Below, in pieces: positions 1-7,366 of a DNA stretch of 64,000 nucleotides. Position 1 is the first letter of the stretch; each line of letters starts with the position of its first letter. The position numbers and the translations under genes were made by a program. The stretch lies in assembly GCA_947379965.1 (NCBI GenBank), contig CANCPC010000003.1:21153-85152 (forward strand), given 5' to 3'. Origin of the DNA: Flavobacteriaceae bacterium. Lineage in GTDB: Bacteria; Bacteroidota; Bacteroidia; Flavobacteriales; Flavobacteriaceae. The notes under the pieces are model-generated. The model made no database searches, had not been told where the DNA came from, and saw only the letters and a list, made by a program, of their open reading frames with translations.

Positions 1-36
1 AAAATTGCAACGAATCTTTTTGTAAAGGTGGTTTAA
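1..36. repeat. Left copy of direct repeat bounding the five-gene cassette
   Basis: ttgcaacgaatctttt at 5-20 is identical to 7211-7226, with similarity continuing (gtaaaggt/gtgaaggt...ttaa). Confidence 0.7.
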
Positions 37-605
37 TTTATAAATAATATTCTTTCGATTGTCCAATATAAAGCAATACATCCAATCAAGCTAGAAATAG
101 GGTAAACGACACGCTCTTTGTACCAATATTTGTTGCTAAACCATTTTCCGATCAAAAAATAAACACTTAAAATCACAGTAATTTGTCCTAATTCGACACC
201 CAAATTGAACGACAACAACGAACTTAAAAATTGATTTTTTGGTAAGCCAATTTCCTTTAAGGCATTGGCAAAACCCATTCCGTGAATGAATCCAAATCCA
301 AAAATCAAGAAAATTCTCCAAGGATTTAGTTTGTTGTGTAAGATATTTTCTACTGCTGTAAAAAGGATTGAAGCTGCAATTAATGGTTCTATTATTGTGG
401 CATTAGGCATGATGAATCCGGCTGCTGCCAATCCCAAAGACAAACTATGAGCCAAGGTGAAAACAGAACATTGAATGAGCACCGTTCTCCTATTCGAACT
501 CAAAAAAAACAAGCTTATAATAAATAGAATATGGTCGAAACCTAGCGGGATTACATGGGAAAATCCCAATTGTAAATAGTAGATTAGTGTTTCAAAATAA
601 GACAT
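33..605 (-). CDS. HupE/UreJ family membrane protein (putative metal binding/uptake)
   Basis: Multi-TM 190 aa; motifs GFSHVIPLGFDHILF, FTLAHSLSL, FGFIHGMGFA, FNLGVELGQ. Confidence 0.9.
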   Translation of the reverse strand: MSYFETLIYYLQLGFSHVIPLGFDHILFIISLFFLSSNRRTVLIQCSVFTLAHSLSLGLAAAGFIMPNATIIEPLIAASILFTAVENILHNKLNPWRIFLIFGFGFIHGMGFANALKEIGLPKNQFLSSLLSFNLGVELGQITVILSVYFLIGKWFSNKYWYKERVVYPISSLIGCIALYWTIERILFIN

Positions 606-1807
606 TATTCTTTGAAGAGTTTGATGGTTGTAGTTGATTTATCCTTTATTCTTAAGAAATAAACACCTTTTGTCAAAGCCGAGAAATCTTGTTTTTCGAT
701 TGTTGGGCCAGTATATATTAATTTTCCGAAAGAAGAATATAATTCATAATTTTCGTTTCCTGTATTGGGTTTTAAATGGATGGTCGATTGAAATGGATTG
801 GGAAATACTTGAATCAAAGAATCAATCTTTTCTTGATTCACCGATAATGTTGGATTCCCTTTGACACAAATTACATAATTAGTATTTGTTTTCGCATCAT
901 AAGTTGTAATTCCGAATTGTGTACTCCAATACCAAGCACTATTTGGGTTTTGTGTGTTGGGTTTAAGTGATGTTGAAGACCAGTAGTTTTTGACACCTAA
1001 ATTTTGAAAATAAGGAGAAAAAATCGATGGACTTACTGCGGATTCATTATTCAAAGATTGCAATTCCTTGATATTTGGTAGTCTCCAATCTGATGCGTTT
1101 CCTAACGAAAGACCTTCGGCATAAGTCAAGGCTTGTTCCCAAGTTAAAGCAGATGCATTTGGCACTTTCTGCCAAATGAGTTGCGTTAAATTATCTTTAA
1201 TAGTTCCGTCTAAATTGTCAGTAAAATGATTCGTAATTGTCGCGGGTGTGGTTCTATTTCGGACAGCTCGAACATTATATCTAAATGTACCACCAACTTC
1301 ACCAATTGCTTCAGATTTTGGTTTATTACCAATTCCACCACCTGCATTGGTACACCATACTTTTGAAATATCGCCAAATTGAGTCGTATTGGTCCACCAA
1401 TACTCAGCGACTAAAGTGCTTGAAGATGAGAAAAATGAGGTGTTAATGGCTGGATTTCCATTTTGAAGAATCATAATGCTAAAAGCCTCCATTGGCGTAG
1501 GTAATCTCCAATCGGTAAAATTGGCTAATGTCAAGTTATCACAATAGGTTATAGCTGAAGCATAATTCATTGAGCCACCATCCACTTTTTGCCACATCAA
1601 TCCTGTAATAATATCCGTTATTGTTCCATCTCCATTATCGAAATATGAGGGTGTATTAATAGCATAATCGTGGTCTTCGCCAAAGGTTGACGTGTAACTT
1701 GTTGTTTGCCCAGTATCTGGTAATAACTGAATTGTTCTTGATATGCTTTGTCCAAAAATAAGGACCGAATTGAAAAGTAATAATCCTAAAAGAAGCTGTT
1801 TTTTCAT
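605..1807 (-). CDS. Tandem DUF1566 (Lcl C-terminal-like) domain protein with T9SS sorting domain
   Basis: Signal peptide; two DNxDGTIxDxxTxLxWQK...DWRLP...YWS/W...V(R/I)(A/C)V units; tail VFPNP...GVYFLRI...IKLFKE. Confidence 0.85.
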   Translation of the reverse strand: MKKQLLLGLLLFNSVLIFGQSISRTIQLLPDTGQTTSYTSTFGEDHDYAINTPSYFDNGDGTITDIITGLMWQKVDGGSMNYASAITYCDNLTLANFTDWRLPTPMEAFSIMILQNGNPAINTSFFSSSSTLVAEYWWTNTTQFGDISKVWCTNAGGGIGNKPKSEAIGEVGGTFRYNVRAVRNRTTPATITNHFTDNLDGTIKDNLTQLIWQKVPNASALTWEQALTYAEGLSLGNASDWRLPNIKELQSLNNESAVSPSIFSPYFQNLGVKNYWSSTSLKPNTQNPNSAWYWSTQFGITTYDAKTNTNYVICVKGNPTLSVNQEKIDSLIQVFPNPFQSTIHLKPNTGNENYELYSSFGKLIYTGPTIEKQDFSALTKGVYFLRIKDKSTTTIKLFKE

Positions 1808-1818
1808 TTTATAAATTA

Positions 1819-3474
1819 TTATTTAACTAAAATCTTTTTTGTTACAAGATAATTAGGAAACTGAATTCTAACTAAATACGTTCCGTGTGAAAGGTTTTTG
1901 ATGTCGATAGTTGGTTTATAATGCAATGTTTTTGAAATCAATTCCCCTTTTAATCCAAAAATCGAAATCGACTGAACATCGCTTTCTGCAAGATTGTTTT
2001 TCAATTTAACATTCAAAATATCAGTAGCAGGATTTGGATATAGGATAATGTTTGTGTCATTCAGGGCAAAATCTGATAATCCTAAATTCGGAACCGTACA
2101 TTGTGAAAAGCCATTATAATTTGTAGTTGTTGTTCCTGTTGGCGAAACATAGTTAAAAGTATACGTTGTTCCGCTCCAACTAAAATTCGTGGCATAACCC
2201 GGAACGCCGTTTAGACTATAAGATAAATTATAACCATTGTTGTTTGAATTGGCAACACAAGAAGTGATTAATGCTCCTGCCAATGGAGTTAAATTTCCTC
2301 CTCTCATTGAGCTCGCTTGTGCTTGTGGTATAAGTTGTTTATTTGCGTCTTCAGTAACTACTCCCACCATATTGACTATCATCAGTGGATTACTTCCATT
2401 GGCGTTTGCCGTACCATGATAGTGATATACACCATTAGTTCCGTAATGACCGTGATTGCCATCAAGTGTTGCCATAGCTGAACCATCGGGCTCTAAACCT
2501 CCATAAACTGCAAATCCGTCTAAGCCAAAAGCAATTGGCAAATTGGCAGTTGTTTGTCCTGATGAAATCAAATGTAAGGGTGCGGTATGATAATGATAAT
2601 CATCCCCTTTGCCGCAATGCCCACCATATTTATCCAATTGCCCAGTAGCATAAGAATCTGCTCCTGAGGTGGTATAAAGATTAAAAATAGCCACTCCATT
2701 TGCGGCAATGGCAATAGCGCCAATACTAAAATGATCTTTATTTACAGGAACCGGAGTTGCGGCAATTTCTGGGTTTAATGGAATACTCCATGCATTTTGA
2801 TTACCCGATTTATTGGTAAAGGTACTTATATAACATTGTGGAATAGGTACTTGTTGTTGCCAGCCACCACTTGCTATTCCTACCATCATGGTGTGATTGG
2901 GAATACCTTTTGAATTTACATAGAAATAAGTTGCATCATACGAAGTGCTCACCGTTGATTTAAAAGGGATAAATGCCGAGTTTATAAAAGCAGGGTCTGT
3001 AGTTGTTATAGCTTTTTTTGCAAAACCATACAAAACCATTACACTTCCAACGGAAATAATTGGAATTATATAGGTTAATTTTTTCTTGTTAGTATAAGTA
3101 AACAGGAAAGTACCAAACAAAAACATTAAAATGGAAATGAGCCCCAACTTTTTATTCCAAATCGATTGAATTTCTTCCTCCGAAGTTTTGTTTCTAGCTG
3201 TTATATCATTGTTTATTTTATTGACCCATTCGCTTTTCTTCAAAGCAAATTTTTGGTCTTCTATAGAGAAAGAGGAAATAGGAAAATGGACTATTTTGTC
3301 ATTAGCATCTTCAATGTATATAATACCATTTTTCAGCATATAAAAACTTCCATCTACAAACTGATTTTCTTTTTCTAATTTCCAATGACGCAACACTACA
3401 TTGTCATAATTGATAGTATGCGAAAAAGCATAATCGACATATAAAAAAAGCAAAATAATCAGTATTTTTTTCAT
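1819..3474 (-). CDS. YHYH domain protein with N-terminal SHD1-like domain, two hydrophobic helices and T9SS sorting domain
   Basis: GGHCGKGDDYHYH and HGHYG...YHYHG motifs; N-terminal RHW...VDGSF...PISSFSIEDQKF; tail LYPNPA...GTYLVRI...KKILVK. Confidence 0.85.
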   Translation of the reverse strand: MKKILIILLFLYVDYAFSHTINYDNVVLRHWKLEKENQFVDGSFYMLKNGIIYIEDANDKIVHFPISSFSIEDQKFALKKSEWVNKINNDITARNKTSEEEIQSIWNKKLGLISILMFLFGTFLFTYTNKKKLTYIIPIISVGSVMVLYGFAKKAITTTDPAFINSAFIPFKSTVSTSYDATYFYVNSKGIPNHTMMVGIASGGWQQQVPIPQCYISTFTNKSGNQNAWSIPLNPEIAATPVPVNKDHFSIGAIAIAANGVAIFNLYTTSGADSYATGQLDKYGGHCGKGDDYHYHTAPLHLISSGQTTANLPIAFGLDGFAVYGGLEPDGSAMATLDGNHGHYGTNGVYHYHGTANANGSNPLMIVNMVGVVTEDANKQLIPQAQASSMRGGNLTPLAGALITSCVANSNNNGYNLSYSLNGVPGYATNFSWSGTTYTFNYVSPTGTTTTNYNGFSQCTVPNLGLSDFALNDTNIILYPNPATDILNVKLKNNLAESDVQSISIFGLKGELISKTLHYKPTIDIKNLSHGTYLVRIQFPNYLVTKKILVK

Positions 3475-3500
3475 TTTGTTAGGGTTTATGGTTGCGAAAA

Positions 3501-5216
3501 TTATCTTTTAAGAATCATTTTTCCGGATTTTATTTCCTTAGTTTCACCCTGGATTCTATACAGGTAAACACCATCAGCAAGATCTGTTCCAAAGGAATCT
3601 TTCCCATCCCAAATGATTTGTTGTTTGCCTTGATTGACTCTATTTCCGTTGATAAGTTGTCTTACATTTTGTCCGGCTTGATTATAAATTGATAAATATA
3701 ATTTTTCAGGGTTTTCTAATAAAAATTCAATTGTAGTTTCTTTTGAAAAAGGATTTGGATACACAATTTCGTCGGCATAATTACTATTCCAAATTAAAGG
3801 AAAATTTACACCTAAATTATAGCAATTGTTAGTACCAATAAAATAACTAGAGGAAACATCTTTATTATGTCTAGTTGCAGTTTCGGTTGTGGGCAAATAG
3901 GTTCTAACATATTCTGTTTGAACCCCTGAAGGATTAACCGTAACCCGAATATGACCCGAATTAGGTAAAATGGTTCCTTCTAAATATCCGTAAGTTGTTG
4001 CATAGGTTGCGCTTGTGTAATTGGGATGGCTTGGTTGAGGTGTTTCTTGGTAAACCAAACAATCTTTTTCTTGTTTTCCAAAAAAATGATCGTGACCGTG
4101 AAAAAAAATGGTCACTTTATTTTCTGTCAAAAGGTCTTTTATAGGTTTGTACCATCCAGTTCTATTGGCTGCAAAACCCTCTGTTCCGTCGAGATTTTTA
4201 CCACCCCATTCGTATAAATTGGCAAATTCTACACCACCGCGACCATCTGGATCTCCACCAATTATTTGATGAGAAAAAACAAATTTAAATTTGGCGGTAC
4301 TATTTTCTAAAGTTGTTTTAAGCCAATTGTATTGTGTTAATCCAAGTGTCCATCGCCAACCAGTTGTAGCCGTTGGTTTTGGTGAAGTATACCAATAAGG
4401 GTCAATGACTATAAATAAAGCATCACCCCATTGCCAAGCATAATAATTTTCGCGTTGACCGATGAAATTATGGTTGGTCAAATCACCAGTGTAAAAACTA
4501 TCTGGAGCCGGATTTAAAAAATATTTTTTTCGTTCATTTGAATTCCAAACAGCAATGTTTTCGGAAGTTCCATTCAAATTCCAACCGGATTCTCCTTCAT
4601 GATTTCCTAATGCAATAAACAACGGTACCGAATGGGAGGATATTTCATATTTAGACCGCAACAATTTACATCGATAGGGTATTGTGTCTTTAGGGATTTT
4701 ATTGGTAGTTAAGTTTTTCAATTTATCAGTCATTAAAAAATCGCCTAAATCAATCATAAAATCAGGATTATCTTCCAGCTGATTTTGCAAGCATCTTTCA
4801 TAAACGGCAAGTGAGCTTTGTTCGTCCATGTGAGGATCTGCTTGAACCACAAACGAAAAGCTACTGCCTACAGCTCGTTGAGTATGAAAATTGTGCTCTG
4901 TTCTAGTTATAAAACTTGAGGAACTAGGCTGACGATAACACATTCTGTAAAAATATTTAGTGTCCGCTTGCAGATTCGAAACGATGATTTCTGCAGGTTC
5001 ATTTGCCGCAAAGACTTGCCAAGCAGTTTGGTTTGGATAATTTCCAGATACTATGCCATATTGTATACAAACCTCTACCGAAGCATCAAAAAATGCTTGA
5101 ACAGTGATGCTGTTATTTGTTGGGCGACCTACTATTTCGTTTTGAATAATATTTTGTGCATTCATTACACGCAAACCTATAAATAACAAAAAACATAAGA
5201 ATATAAATTTTTTCAT
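3501..5216 (-). CDS. Secreted calcineurin-like metallophosphoesterase with FN3-like N-domain and FlgD-Ig/T9SS tail
   Basis: ADPH, GDF, GNHE, FSH, GHDH motifs; tail YPNPF...WDGKD...GVYLYRI...GKMILKR. Confidence 0.88.
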   Translation of the reverse strand: MKKFIFLCFLLFIGLRVMNAQNIIQNEIVGRPTNNSITVQAFFDASVEVCIQYGIVSGNYPNQTAWQVFAANEPAEIIVSNLQADTKYFYRMCYRQPSSSSFITRTEHNFHTQRAVGSSFSFVVQADPHMDEQSSLAVYERCLQNQLEDNPDFMIDLGDFLMTDKLKNLTTNKIPKDTIPYRCKLLRSKYEISSHSVPLFIALGNHEGESGWNLNGTSENIAVWNSNERKKYFLNPAPDSFYTGDLTNHNFIGQRENYYAWQWGDALFIVIDPYWYTSPKPTATTGWRWTLGLTQYNWLKTTLENSTAKFKFVFSHQIIGGDPDGRGGVEFANLYEWGGKNLDGTEGFAANRTGWYKPIKDLLTENKVTIFFHGHDHFFGKQEKDCLVYQETPQPSHPNYTSATYATTYGYLEGTILPNSGHIRVTVNPSGVQTEYVRTYLPTTETATRHNKDVSSSYFIGTNNCYNLGVNFPLIWNSNYADEIVYPNPFSKETTIEFLLENPEKLYLSIYNQAGQNVRQLINGNRVNQGKQQIIWDGKDSFGTDLADGVYLYRIQGETKEIKSGKMILKR

Positions 5217-5226
5217 CTTGGAAAAA

Positions 5227-6897
5227 TTAATGTTTGATGATAATTTTTTGAGTATATTTTTTTACAGAATCTAGTTTTAAAAAGTAAATTCCATCGGGTA
5301 TATTGACGGTGTTAATTTCACTAGAATCAAATTCTAAAACCTTTTCACCAAGAGTATTGATCAATGCTCCATGTAGATTTGTAGTTGCATCAACAAATTG
5401 AACATATAGTTTGTCATTTACCGGGTTTGGAAATGTTCGAATAGAATCCTCAGGTTTAGAATTATTAACAGCTAAAGCACAAGTGCCAATTGTATAACTA
5501 AAGGCAACTTCGCCATTGGGATGCGCAATAGTTGCATCTGCAGGCATAAAGGCTTTTACATAATCAACTTTTACGCAGCTTGGAGTTACATTTACTCTAA
5601 TATGTCCGGTACCATTCATTGCATTTCCATTTGGATACGCTCCAGCATTTGCCGTATACCCTATGTTATAGGAGATATCGCTTGGCATAGGTACTTCTTG
5701 ATAAACGACTCCATTAAGTTCTTCTTTGGCAAATAGATGATCGTGTCCTTGAAAAAAAACATCCACACCAGTATCCACAAAAATCTGATGAATTGGTTTT
5801 CCCCAACCCGGTCTGTATGTATCAAATTTATATTGATTTCCATCTATTCCGCCCCATTCAAATTGTGTAGCTGTGGCAATTCCTCCTCTACCTTGACCCC
5901 TATTATGGTGTGCAAAGACAAATTTATGTTTTGCTGTACTGTTTTCTAATACACTTCGCATCCAGTTGTATTGTGTCTTCCCCAATGTCCAATCCCAGTT
6001 TGTTGGTTTTGCTGGATCTGCTGGAGTTGCACCTGGAGCAATTTCGGTACGATATACATCTAAAACAACAAAAAGCGCATCGCCCCAAGTCCAAGAATAA
6101 TAATTTTCAGGGGTATTGATTCCATAAGGTTCTACAACACTATTCCCGGTATAAAATGCATTTGGATAAGGATTTGGATAATAAAATTTTCTCCATTGCG
6201 TTCCCCAAACACCAATATTAAATGGAGGATTTTGATTAAGATAATAATCATTTTCACCTTCGTGATTCCCTAGGCAAATATAAAAAGGAACAGAATGACA
6301 AATTTGACCTAAATATTGTCTGTAATCTTTGTGTAAGGCATCCATATCAGTGCTTGTAGTGGTTGTAGGCGTGTGGTCATCTCCAAAAATATCACCTAAG
6401 GACAACATAAAATCAGGTTTATCTGCTGCTTGATTGGCCAAAGTGACTTGATACATAGATGGAATACCTTTCTTATCATAAAGATGTTCGTCTGATTCTA
6501 CTGTAAATGTAAATGAGTTTCCAGGGGATCGCTGAGTTTGAAAATTATATTCTGGAGTTGTATTAAAATTTGCCGTACCTGGATTTTTATACACCATTCG
6601 GTAAAAATACTTGCTATTGGATACTAAATTGGTAAGGTCTATTTCGTCGGGAGTTTTTGGGGAATTTGTAAAAGTGTTCGTAACCGAAGAATAAACACCA
6701 GAAAGAGTTCCGTATTCAATATAATAGTCTGTTGAAACATCAAACAAAATACTTGCAGTTACAGATGTATCCGTAGGCCTTCCTAGGATTATAAATTTTT
6801 CTTGACCAGACAAGCTTATACTATTACTAATAAAAAATAATATAAATAATGATTTGTAAAAGGGGGTTCCTATTTCTTTAAAAAATAATTTTTGCAT
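5227..6897 (-). CDS. Secreted calcineurin-like metallophosphoesterase with FN3-like N-domain and T9SS tail (paralog of 3501-5216)
   Basis: SDEH, GDI, GNHE, FAH, GHDH motifs; tail FPNPV...GIYFLKL...KIIIKH. Confidence 0.88.
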   Translation of the reverse strand: MQKLFFKEIGTPFYKSLFILFFISNSISLSGQEKFIILGRPTDTSVTASILFDVSTDYYIEYGTLSGVYSSVTNTFTNSPKTPDEIDLTNLVSNSKYFYRMVYKNPGTANFNTTPEYNFQTQRSPGNSFTFTVESDEHLYDKKGIPSMYQVTLANQAADKPDFMLSLGDIFGDDHTPTTTTSTDMDALHKDYRQYLGQICHSVPFYICLGNHEGENDYYLNQNPPFNIGVWGTQWRKFYYPNPYPNAFYTGNSVVEPYGINTPENYYSWTWGDALFVVLDVYRTEIAPGATPADPAKPTNWDWTLGKTQYNWMRSVLENSTAKHKFVFAHHNRGQGRGGIATATQFEWGGIDGNQYKFDTYRPGWGKPIHQIFVDTGVDVFFQGHDHLFAKEELNGVVYQEVPMPSDISYNIGYTANAGAYPNGNAMNGTGHIRVNVTPSCVKVDYVKAFMPADATIAHPNGEVAFSYTIGTCALAVNNSKPEDSIRTFPNPVNDKLYVQFVDATTNLHGALINTLGEKVLEFDSSEINTVNIPDGIYFLKLDSVKKYTQKIIIKH

Positions 6898-6921
6898 GGA
6901 AATTAATTTTGAAATCTCCTT

Positions 6922-6949
6922 TATGACTTTTGTTTGTTAAAAAGGTTTA
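6922..6949 (-). promoter_or_regulatory. Putative ECF-sigma-type promoter of the five-gene cassette
   Basis: Minus strand TAAACC-N16-GTCATA about 25 bp upstream of the start at 6897; no canonical TAnnTTTG box seen nearby. Confidence 0.45.
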
Positions 6950-7206
6950 ATAAAACCTTACTTTTTTTCGATATTTTTTTAAAGAATTAAAAAATCAAAT
7001 AAATACAAGTCATGAACGTAGTTTATTATCCGATTGTAAGGGAATACTATTTACAAATTTTTAATAGTAAGATAGGGTTTTAATGGAATTTTAAAAGATA
7101 TTAATTTTAGAATTTAACAAAAATTATTTTGTAGTTTAAAATGCGATTTGAATAAATTAAAACTTTCAATTCTTCGACGAAAATTATAGTAAAAGCGAAT
7201 AAATAG

Positions 7207-7241
7207 AAATTTGCAACGAATCTTTTGTGAAGGTTTTTTAA
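7207..7241. repeat. Right copy of direct repeat bounding the five-gene cassette
   Basis: aaatttgcaacgaatcttttgtgaaggttttttaa matches positions 1-36. Confidence 0.7.
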
Positions 7242-7360
7242 CTGCAATTACAATCATCGCCACAGTTTTTGTCATTCTTTTTCTTTTTGAAAAAGAATTT
7301 TCTGAATAAGAAAATAACAGCTATTGCAAGGGTTAAATAGGCTAAAACATCTTGTATCAT
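7238..7360 (-). CDS. FeoB-associated Cys-rich membrane protein (40 aa; not in ORF track)
   Basis: MIQDVLAYLTLAIAVIFLFRKFFFKKKKNDKNCGDDCNCS*, starting 6 bp after the feoB stop: one TM helix, basic linker, Cys-rich tail. Confidence 0.88.
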   Translation of the reverse strand: MIQDVLAYLTLAIAVIFLFRKFFFKKKKNDKNCGDDCNCS

Positions 7361-7366
7361 AACGGT

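Noticed and set aside
3501-6897. Purple acid phosphatase or PhoD assignment
   Set aside because: The first motif is DxH rather than DxG and the GDxxY tyrosine is absent, so only a general metallophosphoesterase call is supported
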